This document shows, one piece after another, positions 9,819 to 18,977 of a stretch of DNA of 64,000 bases. The stretch spans positions 288,270 through 352,269 of the forward strand of contig JAZDNM010000003.1 in assembly GCA_043799715.1 (NCBI GenBank). The letters are read 5' to 3'. Both the position numbers and the translations under genes were made by a program. The notes under the pieces were generated by a model. That model was given only the letters and a program-made list of their open reading frames with translations. It was not told the DNA's origin and did not search any database. The stretch's first letter is position 1, and the number at the start of each line of letters is the position of its first letter. Origin of the DNA: an archaeon. Its GTDB lineage: Archaea > Nanobdellota > Nanobdellia > Pacearchaeales > DTIR01.

Positions 9819-11078
9819 ATGGAAATCGGGATTATCGGAACAGGCGATATGGGCAGATTGTATGCAAGAGAGTTTGCTAAAGCAGGATACAGGGTAAACT
9901 GCTGCGATTTGCCTGAAAAAGCAGGGCAGTTGGAAAAGGAGCTTGCAAATGGAATTTATATTTTAAATGACGGGATTGCAGTTTCAAGAAGAAGTGACTT
10001 AATTTTTTACTTGGTTGAGACTGAGAATATAGAAAAGGCAGCGGCACAATACGGACCTTCAACAAAAAAAGATGCGATAGTTTCTTCAGGCACTTCGGTT
10101 ATGACTCCTGCCATTAACGCTTTTTTAAAATACCTGCCTGCGGATGCAAATATCATCAACTGGCATTGGCTATTTGGAGCTTCTGTTGAGCCGAAAGGGC
10201 AATCAACAGCACTTGTAAACTGCAGAAGCTCTGATGAGGCATACAAAAGGGCGAGAGATGCTTTTGAATCAATAGGGACTAACATTATAGAACTGCAATC
10301 CTGCCAAAAACATGACAATATAACCGCAGACACGCAAGTGGTTACTCAGCTGGGATTTATATCAATGGGCACGGCATGGAAGAATATGGGAAGTTTCCCC
10401 TGGGAGAATCCAACTTATGTTGGGGGAATTGATAATGTCAAGGTGTTGATGTGCCTGAGAATCTATGGCGGAAAGGCTCATGTTTATTCTGGCTTGGCAA
10501 TCTTAAACCAGTTTGCAAAAGAGCAGGTTAAACAGTATGCAGCATCAGAATCAGAATTGTTCAAATTGATGATTAAGGAAGATGGACAGCAGTTCAAGGA
10601 AAGAATCAGAAAAGCAGGAGAATCTATCTTCGGTAATGAGAATTCCCCGATTCTTCTGGATGACAGAGTTATGGGTGAATTTAATCTGGGGAAACCTGCA
10701 GAATGCAAAAAATCAAATTCCCACTTGAGCCTTTTATCCATGGTTGATGCATGGCATAAGCTTGGAATAAATCCATATGATAACCTGACTTGCCAGACAC
10801 CGCCATTTAGGTTGCGGCTTGGCATTGCAGAATATCTGTTCAGGAATTCCAGACTGCTTGAAGAATCAATAGAAACAGCATTATCCAACAAGGGTATCAG
10901 GGGGGATGATTTGGAGTTCCACACAGCAGTCAGGGAATGGGCTTCAATCATAGGAAATGGAGATACTCTGGGTTACAAGAACCAGTTTGAGGAAACCAAA
11001 GAGTTCTTCAAGGACAGGCTTGAAGAAGGCAGGATAAAAAGCAACGATTTAATCAGGAGATTGGCGAGTTCTGGATAA
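9819..11078 (+). CDS. tyrA: Prephenate dehydrogenase, fungal Tyr1-like long form
   Basis: GIIGTGDMG Rossmann motif, HDNITADTQ, LRIYGGKAHVYSGLAILN, NSHLSLLSMVDAW, DDLEFHTAVREW; these follow yeast Tyr1 as I recall it. Confidence 0.85.
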   Translation: MEIGIIGTGDMGRLYAREFAKAGYRVNCCDLPEKAGQLEKELANGIYILNDGIAVSRRSDLIFYLVETENIEKAAAQYGPSTKKDAIVSSGTSVMTPAINAFLKYLPADANIINWHWLFGASVEPKGQSTALVNCRSSDEAYKRARDAFESIGTNIIELQSCQKHDNITADTQVVTQLGFISMGTAWKNMGSFPWENPTYVGGIDNVKVLMCLRIYGGKAHVYSGLAILNQFAKEQVKQYAASESELFKLMIKEDGQQFKERIRKAGESIFGNENSPILLDDRVMGEFNLGKPAECKKSNSHLSLLSMVDAWHKLGINPYDNLTCQTPPFRLRLGIAEYLFRNSRLLEESIETALSNKGIRGDDLEFHTAVREWASIIGNGDTLGYKNQFEETKEFFKDRLEEGRIKSNDLIRRLASSG

Positions 11079-11092
11079 TCAAAAATAAAAAG

Positions 11093-11448
11093 AGGCAAGC
11101 GGGCAATAGGCCGCCTTTTGTCATTTGCTCTTTCAAGCAAATGTGCTGACATTTGACTGAGCGTGCTTTGCACTTGCACAAGCCAAGGGTGGCCGTTTCA
11201 TCAAATCCTTCATCTCAAAGCTCAATTCAGTTTCATAGCTCAATGAAGGCTGTGCCGTTTCTGTGCCAGAGCCATACCTTGCGGCATATCCCTCACGATG
11301 TGAAATCACTTTCACATCATTTCATGATTGGCTGCTGCTGTCTCTTGCGAGACAGTGTGGGCGGACCTTCCTCAGAACCCGTTTCTCATCTTTTCGAGAA
11401 ACTTGCCTGTTACAGCAGGGCTCCGAAAGCCAGCTAACCCGCTTGCCT
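11093..11448 (-). ncRNA. rnpB: RNase P RNA
   Basis: Perfect terminal P1 helix AGGCAAGCGGG/CCCGCTTGCCT. Conserved blocks GAGGAAGGTCCGCCC, ACAGAAAC, TGAAACGGCC, GTGCAAG and ACAAAAGGCGGCCTAT are in order; TATA lies about 25 nt upstream. Confidence 0.9.
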
Positions 11449-11499
11449 TGTAATAATCAGAAACAGATATTTAAAAGATTAACTGTTTTATGATTGGCT

Positions 11500-12657
11500 A
11501 TGTCATGGCTGGATTTTTTTAAAAGAAAAGAGATAAGGACTGTTATGGGAATAAGATTTCAGGAGCTGGATTCCGAGCTTGAAGCAGAGATTAATGGCAT
11601 TAAAAAGCGGATTCAGAGCTTAAGGGAAAGGGTAAAAGAGAGGATTGTTCAGTTAAACTCCGAGTTAGAGCAGGAAATAAGAGTTCTCAGGCAGATAGAC
11701 CTGAAGGAAAGAAAGGAATCTGAAAGGGTGAAGTTTATTGTCCTGGAAAATCTAAAGGTGTATATCTCCCGCCTTCAGAATCTTATGGACAATCTTAAAA
11801 ATCTCGACTTGAATGACAGGGAATATTTCATAAAGATACATGCGCTTTTTGAAAATTTCAAGAAAAATTCAATAAACAGCTTCCAAAAAGCCACTATTCT
11901 GATTGGCAGGGAAATTGAGGAGGTTATAAGCTCTATAAGAAAATTCTCTGCAGATGTTGAAAAAATAATGGCTGAGGACAAAGGCATATTTGAAAGGGAG
12001 AGAACAGGGGAAATGCTGAAAAATCTTCTGATTTCTTTTAAAGAGGAAAAAAAGATGGGGAAAGAGATTAAAACTTCTCTTCTGGACTTGGAAAGAAGTT
12101 TGGATGAAGTTAAAAAAAGGAAGAATGAGCTTGAAAAAAATCTTGAGGATGTTAAAAAGAGCAGCGAGTATCTAAAATTTCTTGATGATAAGGAAGAAAG
12201 AAAGCAGGAAAGAGAAAAGGCAGAGAGTGAAATCATGGGGATAAAACAGGAGATGGATATCAAAGCAATGATGAAGCACTTCCATCATGACAGGAAAAAA
12301 AGCATGTTACTAAGAGAATATGCCGGGGATTTTAATGCGGCTTTGGAAAATGATAAGAACCTTAGAATAATTGAGATTGTAAAAGAGTTCAAGCCAGAGG
12401 CTGATACCAAAAAATTAGAAGAGTTGAGGCTGAAGAGGATTGAATTAAAAAGTTGGCAGGAAACAGCGATAGAAAGAAAAGTAAGGGAAACTGAAGAGGG
12501 GATTAAAAAACTGAATTTGGAGTTTAAAGCCGGGCTGGAGAGAATGAGCGAGGAAAAAAAGAGGATGGAGAGAATTGAAAGAAAATCTGGGCAGATAAAA
12601 GAGGAGATTGGAAAACAGGCGAGAGTTCTATGGAAAAACTTAGATATAGCCGATTAA
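11500..12657 (+). CDS. Coiled-coil hypothetical protein
   Basis: Long E/K/L-rich heptad ORF. Confidence 0.75.
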   Translation: MSWLDFFKRKEIRTVMGIRFQELDSELEAEINGIKKRIQSLRERVKERIVQLNSELEQEIRVLRQIDLKERKESERVKFIVLENLKVYISRLQNLMDNLKNLDLNDREYFIKIHALFENFKKNSINSFQKATILIGREIEEVISSIRKFSADVEKIMAEDKGIFERERTGEMLKNLLISFKEEKKMGKEIKTSLLDLERSLDEVKKRKNELEKNLEDVKKSSEYLKFLDDKEERKQEREKAESEIMGIKQEMDIKAMMKHFHHDRKKSMLLREYAGDFNAALENDKNLRIIEIVKEFKPEADTKKLEELRLKRIELKSWQETAIERKVRETEEGIKKLNLEFKAGLERMSEEKKRMERIERKSGQIKEEIGKQARVLWKNLDIAD

Positions 12658-12738
12658 AATCTTATTTTCTGAATTTGCATTAATTTAAAAGTAGTTACAA
12701 AACAGGAAGATTTATAAAATACTGAACAGGGTAATTGC

Positions 12739-13089
12739 ATGGGCAAACAAAAAAAATACATAAAAGATAACTGCCAATATGATTCTGTAAATGAACTGGA
12801 AGCTGTTATTGGGATAGCTAATCAGGGCAGGATTATCTCGGGAAAGGGGAAGAATGAAATTCCTTCTTTATATCAGGTACTTGAATGCTGCGGGTTAGTT
12901 AAATTCCAGCCAGTAACAGTATCAGTAAAAGAAAAATGGGAAGAACACTTCAATATGCCTTGCGGAAATGCAGCAGACAAGGAAAAGCTTAGGAAGGGAG
13001 ATATTGAGATTGTTTTGAGCCCTAAAGGTTATGAGTTATATCAATCGTTATGCGATTTCTACAGGGAAAAAACAGGAAGAAGTCCTTAA
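12739..13089 (+). CDS. Hypothetical protein
   Basis: ORF about 25 nt after the TATA box TTTATAAA. Confidence 0.65.
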   Translation: MGKQKKYIKDNCQYDSVNELEAVIGIANQGRIISGKGKNEIPSLYQVLECCGLVKFQPVTVSVKEKWEEHFNMPCGNAADKEKLRKGDIEIVLSPKGYELYQSLCDFYREKTGRSP

Positions 13090-13219
13090 AATATTCTAAA
13101 GATTTATTCCTTGGTAGCCCTGCGGCTTGGGAAATGTTTATAAATTTCATAAGCATGAAACTTCATAGGCTGTTTGCCAAGGGGTGATTTCTTGCCAGAG
13201 AATTTCTGGTATTTCGAAA

Positions 13220-13543
13220 ATGGGAAAGAAAAGACTGAAAACTCTGCAGTGGATTCTTGCTGGAGCAATGATTTATTCAATGAACTCTCTTCTTGCCCAG
13301 GGGCTGGAAAAGAATGAATCTAAACGCGCAATCTGGCTGAGAAATTACATTAAAGAGTGTGATGAGGTAGCCGATATGGCACGTTACAAAATATACCTGC
13401 AGCAGAGAAAAAAAGAGTGGCTGGAGAAAAGGGAGTTATCAGGCAGGGTTTACAGCGCTATTCTTGAGGGCATGGAAAAAAATCAGGATAAGGAATTCAG
13501 GAGATTGGATGACAGGATTCTGCAATATCCTGACAGGAGCTGA
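13220..13543 (+). CDS. Hypothetical protein
   Basis: ORF with an N-terminal hydrophobic segment. Confidence 0.6.
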   Translation: MGKKRLKTLQWILAGAMIYSMNSLLAQGLEKNESKRAIWLRNYIKECDEVADMARYKIYLQQRKKEWLEKRELSGRVYSAILEGMEKNQDKEFRRLDDRILQYPDRS

Positions 13544-13547
13544 AAAA

Positions 13548-13850
13548 ATGGAAAATTATGAAAAGATTCTTGCTGAAAGAATTTACAGCATTTCAAAGGA
13601 GCTTGAAGAGAACTTTGGAATAAGGAAATCCCTTCTTGTAGGATTTTACAGGGCAAAAAAAATGGACAGCTTCACAGCAGATTTTCTCCTGTCTGATTAC
13701 CTTAAAACAGGGGAACTGAAATGCCTTATTAGCATGTATTCAAAAATATCCTCAATAGAGGAGTTCAGCAAAATTGAAAAGATGGTGTCAGATACTCTTG
13801 AGCAGGAAACCGAAATCCTCAAGACTCTTTTCTGTTTGAAATTAGAATAA
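13548..13850 (+). CDS. Hypothetical protein
   Basis: Tandem with the previous ORF (MENYEK start). Confidence 0.6.
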   Translation: MENYEKILAERIYSISKELEENFGIRKSLLVGFYRAKKMDSFTADFLLSDYLKTGELKCLISMYSKISSIEEFSKIEKMVSDTLEQETEILKTLFCLKLE

Positions 13851-13854
13851 AAAT

Positions 13855-14184
13855 CTATCTCTTTCTTGTCTGCCTGAAATAGAAATATTCTGCATTAAGC
13901 GCAGTTTCTTTTCCTTCTGCATCATTAAGAATTGCTTCAACGCCATTGTTCGCTTTTCTCAACTCCTTAACTATGAATATTCCTTCCCTTTTAATGTGCT
14001 TTATCAAGCCATCTTCTATATGCACTTCATAAATAGTTATTTTCTGCTGCAGATTATCCTCTTTCAGCTCTGTTGCGTGCTTGTAGAATGCCTCATACTT
14101 TGGCTTGTAGAATTTTGATAGCATTATCACTTTGCCAGCTTCCTGCTTTGCCTCGCTTTTTCCCTTAAATGTCAGAAATTTCAT
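13855..14184 (-). CDS. Hypothetical protein
   Basis: Last gene of a tightly packed minus-strand run. Confidence 0.6.
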   Translation of the reverse strand: MKFLTFKGKSEAKQEAGKVIMLSKFYKPKYEAFYKHATELKEDNLQQKITIYEVHIEDGLIKHIKREGIFIVKELRKANNGVEAILNDAEGKETALNAEYFYFRQTRKR

Positions 14185-14185
14185 T

Positions 14186-15094
14186 TTAGTTTGTTTGAGA
14201 ATAGTTGTTTATTTTTTCTATGCTTTTTTCATCGCCTTCTGCATCAACATCAAGCGAGGATAGAGCGTCTTCTATCTCCACAAATTTTAATCTTGTGCCC
14301 AAAGTTCGGGAGATTTTTTCCTGTATCTCAGAGAGCTTGAGTTTTCCAGCCATATACTTGAAAATTTCCCCCCAGCACATCCCGACAAGCTTGCCGACAT
14401 TCAGAGGATTTCTCAGTTTCCTTGCGCTGTATGCAAAATCAATGAACTCGGGACTCCTTATTTTCTCGGGATTGGCGATAGCCATGTTCGAAATCCTGAA
14501 TCCCCTCATTCCCTTTTCCATGAAATCATCACTGTTGTTTGTGATGTCATCCTCCACCCAGAAATATTTTCTTGTCCTGTAAAAGCTCTCATACTGGTGC
14601 AGGAATTTTCTGCTTACAATAGGATAAAAACAGTCATAATTTTCAAAATCTTTCTGGCATGCTTCTATAAAACTGTCAACTCCCTCCCTTGTTGATAAAG
14701 GAGCATCTGCAGTTATGAAAAGCGCATGCCCTTTTGTTCCTGATTCCCTGTATCCCTGAAAAACATTTTCCCTTAATGAGCCCGCCTGCTGCACAAACCT
14801 GCATCTTTCTGAGTAGATTTTCAGGTTGATGTCAAGCCCCCTCTCTAATTTTTCCTTGTTGCCTATGACTGTTATGCCCTCAATGTTTTTTGATTCTGCG
14901 AGGGCGTGAAGGGTGTATTCTATCACAGGGCGCCTCTTTTTTATGCCGTCTATCTCTCCTCCGACTTTTATTAACGGCTTGTATTTGCCAAAAAGGTAAA
15001 TTTCATGGTAAAAAGGGTATTCAACTATCTTGCTGAGAATATCGTCAAGCGTTGCCTTGCTTCTTCCTCCTGCCAGAACCACAGCGTTTATCAT
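14186..15094 (-). CDS. NTP-transferase (MobA-like nucleotidyltransferase family)
   Basis: AVVLAGGRS, KPLIKVGG, ITADAPL, LDVD. Confidence 0.8.
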   Translation of the reverse strand: MINAVVLAGGRSKATLDDILSKIVEYPFYHEIYLFGKYKPLIKVGGEIDGIKKRRPVIEYTLHALAESKNIEGITVIGNKEKLERGLDINLKIYSERCRFVQQAGSLRENVFQGYRESGTKGHALFITADAPLSTREGVDSFIEACQKDFENYDCFYPIVSRKFLHQYESFYRTRKYFWVEDDITNNSDDFMEKGMRGFRISNMAIANPEKIRSPEFIDFAYSARKLRNPLNVGKLVGMCWGEIFKYMAGKLKLSEIQEKISRTLGTRLKFVEIEDALSSLDVDAEGDEKSIEKINNYSQTN

Positions 15095-15102
15095 TGCAGC
15101 TC

Positions 15103-15546
15103 CTATCCTGTTTTCCTTTCAAAAACAGAGAAATCATAGGGCCTTATAACAATCAGGGGCTGCCCGAATGATGTATTTTGCGCATTTGCTGTTCCTTTTA
15201 TTATTTTCAGTTCTGATTTTGTCTTGAATGTTTTTGATATATCATTTGTTTTATCGTCAAACCATTTGTCAGAAGGCAGCTCTGGCTTGAATGGATTTTC
15301 AAGGTTTGTAAGAAACCTATAATCCTGGAGCCTTGTTGACTGCAGGTAATCAAGAAAATCATTTGTCTCATTAAGCGAGAAAGTATGGATGTTTGTCCTT
15401 AGGGCAACGAAATTGTAAAATGTCTGGAAGTAGGATTTCTGCTCCTCTTTGTCCGCATTCCATGACATGTCAAGCCAGAAAAAATCCTCCCATGCGGAAA
15501 ATTTGGCTATAAGCTCCTCTACATTTTTTGTTCTTGGCATTTTCAA
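15103..15546 (-). CDS. Hypothetical protein
   Basis: Packed minus-strand run. Confidence 0.6.
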   Translation of the reverse strand: MKMPRTKNVEELIAKFSAWEDFFWLDMSWNADKEEQKSYFQTFYNFVALRTNIHTFSLNETNDFLDYLQSTRLQDYRFLTNLENPFKPELPSDKWFDDKTNDISKTFKTKSELKIIKGTANAQNTSFGQPLIVIRPYDFSVFERKTG

Positions 15547-15914
15547 ATATCAAGCAAAGTAATCTCCAATTTTGAAGGCTTTTCTTTGCTGTAAATATGT
15601 ATTGAATTTGCCTTGCCTGTCAATTTCAGCATGCCAAAATTCCCGTGGCTTGGGTTATAAAATTTAAAGGAAAAATCATCTGCAAGAATTTTTACTGCGT
15701 GCTCTTCAAAATCATAAGAAATCTTTTTTATCTGCCCTTTGTATGAGGTGTAAGAGTTCTCGCTCAGGGAATATATTTCTGCTTTGAATTTTTCAGGCAG
15801 GCTGTCTCTAAGAATATTCAGGGCTGGTCCAAGCAATGAAGCGGGCAGTTGTTTGCCCTGCATCTGCCCAAACAACTCTTTCACTTTTTTGTACTTGTCT
15901 TCTTTTTTGAACAT
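15543..15914 (-). CDS. Hypothetical protein
   Basis: Packed minus-strand run. Confidence 0.6.
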   Translation of the reverse strand: MFKKEDKYKKVKELFGQMQGKQLPASLLGPALNILRDSLPEKFKAEIYSLSENSYTSYKGQIKKISYDFEEHAVKILADDFSFKFYNPSHGNFGMLKLTGKANSIHIYSKEKPSKLEITLLDI

Positions 15915-15915
15915 T

Positions 15916-16218
15916 TTATCTTAAAATCCCCTCAAGATTCTGCATTCCAATCTCAATCTTTATTCTTCTTGGGATGCTGTTTGAGCAGTCAGAAACTGAG
16001 CTGTTGAGATAATAAAGCGCGGCATCAACTTTCTTGCTTGTGCCTGGCTTGTAATTCCTGAGTTTTGCGATGATTCCTGCCTGATAAGAAGGAAGACTGC
16101 CCTGCTCATATTCCTGAAGAAGAATCTGCCTGCCATTTTCCACATCCTGCTTTATATTTTCTTTCACTGGGGATATTATTTCTATATTGTGCCTCAGTCC
16201 GAATTCAAATTTTCCCAT
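15916..16218 (-). CDS. Hypothetical protein
   Basis: Packed minus-strand run (MGKFEF start). Confidence 0.6.
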   Translation of the reverse strand: MGKFEFGLRHNIEIISPVKENIKQDVENGRQILLQEYEQGSLPSYQAGIIAKLRNYKPGTSKKVDAALYYLNSSVSDCSNSIPRRIKIEIGMQNLEGILR

Positions 16219-16219
16219 T

Positions 16220-16402
16220 TTAATTAACAAGCAGTTTTACCTCTAATTTTGAGATTTCTTCTTGTGGAAGAGCATCAGTGACTTCTGTTTTGTATTTGGC
16301 TCTCCATGCAATGCACTGCTCCTGGCTGCCGAAGCAGGGCAACGGAGAAGGCTCGCTAAGTGCATAGATGCAAGGTATTTTGTATGAATTGCACTTTTCC
16401 AT
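16220..16402 (-). CDS. Small Cys-containing hypothetical protein
   Basis: 60 aa with 4 Cys; 1-4 nt spacing to its neighbours. Confidence 0.55.
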   Translation of the reverse strand: MEKCNSYKIPCIYALSEPSPLPCFGSQEQCIAWRAKYKTEVTDALPQEEISKLEVKLLVN

Positions 16403-16406
16403 TTTT

Positions 16407-16742
16407 TTAATAAAGATATATCTTTACCTCCTTGGCTTTGAATTCAGATTCATATCTGCCTGCAACTGTCTCGGCAAGATGCTGATATGTTCTGTCATGA
16501 ACATCTATTGACTCCAGCCATGTATTCTCATCATCCTCATCAAATGTCAATTCAAGAATATCTTTCTCGTTCCATATGCTTTTTCTGACAACTGTCGCGC
16601 TCAGCAGCGAGCTGCAGTTCTCTGTCCTGACAGAAAGCTCAGGGCTTTCTTTCTTGAATTCAGACAGGATGAACTGCTCAAGGCTGTTCATTTTTGACTG
16701 TTTCCTTTCTGCGCATTCCTTTGTATCAATTACTTTTGGCAT
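16407..16742 (-). CDS. Hypothetical protein, probable paralog of 17373..17711
   Basis: MPKVIDTK...SLEQFILSEFKK. Confidence 0.65.
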   Translation of the reverse strand: MPKVIDTKECAERKQSKMNSLEQFILSEFKKESPELSVRTENCSSLLSATVVRKSIWNEKDILELTFDEDDENTWLESIDVHDRTYQHLAETVAGRYESEFKAKEVKIYLY

Positions 16743-16968
16743 TTTGGTATCCTCCCTGGCATGGCTTTATTATTGAGTAATTGATTAACTGGGATATTGA
16801 GAATGAAATTCCTACGGAAGATGCAATGACTGCTACTTTCATTACCATGTCTTCTGCTGAATTCCCCAATGCGCTTGTCATGTATATTCCTGCCCCCAAG
16901 CCTGCTGCTGTAAATACAGAACTGAGAACTGCCTCTAATTTGCCAAGATGATTGCTGTTGATTGTCAT
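16726..16968 (-). CDS. Small 2-TM protein
   Basis: Two Gly/Ala-rich hydrophobic segments. Confidence 0.6.
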   Translation of the reverse strand: MTINSNHLGKLEAVLSSVFTAAGLGAGIYMTSALGNSAEDMVMKVAVIASSVGISFSISQLINYSIIKPCQGGYQNAKSN

Positions 16969-16969
16969 T

Positions 16970-17371
16970 TTACCTTAAAAAATAGCCAATTAATCTGCAG
17001 AATAAATCTTCCTCGCCTTTTTTCTTTGGCATTTCTGTCAATGGAGTATATGCAATGTTCTCGCATCCCTCTCTTGCCATTATTTTCCTGACTCCGTCAA
17101 TATACATTGGCGAAGAAAACGAGGATGTTAGGCAGAATGAATTTACAAGCACGATATGTATCCCTTTGCTTGTGTCAATTCCTGACAAAACCCTCTCAAG
17201 CTGTTTCGGGTTTGCATTAAGCTGCAGGATTCCTTCTTTCTCGTTGTGGTCGTAAATCCTTGATTCATTCAGCAGCAGCGCAGGCATCCTGATAAATTTG
17301 GACTCCCTGTTATACCTGTGAGTTGCGTAAACGTATTCCCCGCCTTTTAAAGATTTTAAGCTGTTTGCCAT
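16970..17371 (-). CDS. Hypothetical protein
   Basis: Packed minus-strand run. Confidence 0.6.
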   Translation of the reverse strand: MANSLKSLKGGEYVYATHRYNRESKFIRMPALLLNESRIYDHNEKEGILQLNANPKQLERVLSGIDTSKGIHIVLVNSFCLTSSFSSPMYIDGVRKIMAREGCENIAYTPLTEMPKKKGEEDLFCRLIGYFLR

Positions 17372-17372
17372 T

Positions 17373-17711
17373 TTAGATAATTATGTCAACACCGCTTTTC
17401 GGATAGAACATATTCTCATATTTTGCCATTATTGACATGAATAATTCTTTGTAATCGGCATTATAATTATAAACCTCAACCGAACTGATGCCTGTATATC
17501 CTGTGCCATAATCAAAATTTATTTTTGCTATTTCCTTTTCATTCAGGAAATTTCCCTTGACAGCCCTTGCATTTACTGCAATGCCTTCAAGCATGGAGGG
17601 TTTTAGCTTTAGCTTTTTCTCCTTGAGCTCTGAATCAAGAAAACTGAGAATTGAACCAAGCTGCTGCTTCATCTTTGCATCCTCTGATTTCTTGTCAATT
17701 ATTCTTGGCAT
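17373..17711 (-). CDS. Hypothetical protein, probable paralog of 16407..16742
   Basis: MPRIIDKK...SILSFLDSELKE. Confidence 0.65.
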   Translation of the reverse strand: MPRIIDKKSEDAKMKQQLGSILSFLDSELKEKKLKLKPSMLEGIAVNARAVKGNFLNEKEIAKINFDYGTGYTGISSVEVYNYNADYKELFMSIMAKYENMFYPKSGVDIII

Positions 17712-17980
17712 TTTCTTATTTCCTCCCCCCAATAAATCTTTTTTATCATTCCCCTTGAACTCCTGCGTGCCTGAACAATGTCACTGACAACTTTGTATGC
17801 TGCTGCGAATAATCCTGCTGAAATTAAAGTGCAGCCCATTCTAAAGAATAGTTCCTCAGTCGAATTATTGTAAATCTGGGGATTTTTGCTGAGATAAAAA
17901 CCAAGAACTCCGCCTGCAACTGACGGGGCAGTGATTCTGACTGCTTCAACGATATTCTCAAGCTTGTTTTTACTTGCCAT
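17699..17980 (-). CDS. Small 2-TM protein
   Basis: Two hydrophobic segments; first gene of the run. Confidence 0.6.
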   Translation of the reverse strand: MASKNKLENIVEAVRITAPSVAGGVLGFYLSKNPQIYNNSTEELFFRMGCTLISAGLFAAAYKVVSDIVQARRSSRGMIKKIYWGEEIRKCQE

Positions 17981-18059
17981 TTTCAAAATCCTCAGAAATA
18001 GTCTGAGGTGCTAATCACCTCTTGTTTTAAGACATCTGGGCAATTTAAAAAGGTTATGA

Positions 18060-18977
18060 TTATCTATTCTGGCTTTTTTCAGGCACCAGAAGTGCTGTGC
18101 CCTGATTTTTCAGGCTTTCAAGCTCGATGTAGAATTTTTCAGAGTTTTCCTTTGGCTTGTATAGGATGTCAAGGGATTTTCCATAAGCTGGCTCAAGCAG
18201 CATCCAGCCGAAAATGCTTTTTGCGTCTATTTCCATGCTGTCTGTCCTTATCCAAACATCCCCTTTGTGCTTCTTGACTAAACTTGCGATTTCTGTTATC
18301 GGCCTCATATGTATCCCTTCCCTTAAATTAACAATATATTCTTTTGAAGAATACTGGTTGTATCTCTTTCTCTTTTGTGTTGCAAAATTTCCCAGAAGCA
18401 TTGATGCCTGTATTATTGCATCAGTTTCCCTTTCCCTTTTTTCCTCGCCTTTATGCGCTGTGTCAAGTGCATAAAAAACCATTCTTGTATGCTCCTTAAA
18501 GTTGTGCTTCTGCCACATCTCAATGCTCAATGGCTCAAAAAGGAAATGCCTGTATCCTGCAACGAAATCCATATTCCTGTATGAATTAAGCGCCTTGACC
18601 AGTTCTGAATAATTGGGATTGCTGTTTTCCACGTTGATTGTCCTGTTTTCATAAGGAAGCAGCGCAATATGCAGCAGTTCTGTCAGGGACTTCTTCTCCT
18701 TGATGTCCTTATGGCTGTGAAGATGCTCCACTGCAACTGCAAGCTCCTTGTCGCTCTTCACAATATCATAAAACATTTTGTTGATGCTGGGGGTTATGTT
18801 AAGAGCATGCTCCTCTAACAGAATCTCCTCGGCATGCTCTGCCTTGTGCTCAAGCTTATCCAGTATACTCTCAAGATATCTCATTTCTGAAACCAATAAT
18901 TGATAAGAATTGGTAAGAACTCCAAAAATTGATGGTTTATAAAGCTTTAGAATTTCCCTCGGAGACAAACCCCTCAC
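18060..18977 (-). CDS. Protein with C-terminal HPr (PTS phosphocarrier) domain
   Basis: VNLREGIHMRP (His15 motif) and IDAKSIFGWMLL (Ser46 motif) at HPr spacing. Confidence 0.8.
   Translation of the reverse strand: MRGLSPREILKLYKPSIFGVLTNSYQLLVSEMRYLESILDKLEHKAEHAEEILLEEHALNITPSINKMFYDIVKSDKELAVAVEHLHSHKDIKEKKSLTELLHIALLPYENRTINVENSNPNYSELVKALNSYRNMDFVAGYRHFLFEPLSIEMWQKHNFKEHTRMVFYALDTAHKGEEKRERETDAIIQASMLLGNFATQKRKRYNQYSSKEYIVNLREGIHMRPITEIASLVKKHKGDVWIRTDSMEIDAKSIFGWMLLEPAYGKSLDILYKPKENSEKFYIELESLKNQGTALLVPEKSQNR

Noticed and set aside
11133..11493. Short ORFs 11133-11315, 11153-11437 and 11263-11493
   Set aside because: They overlap the RNase P RNA and have no protein-like features.
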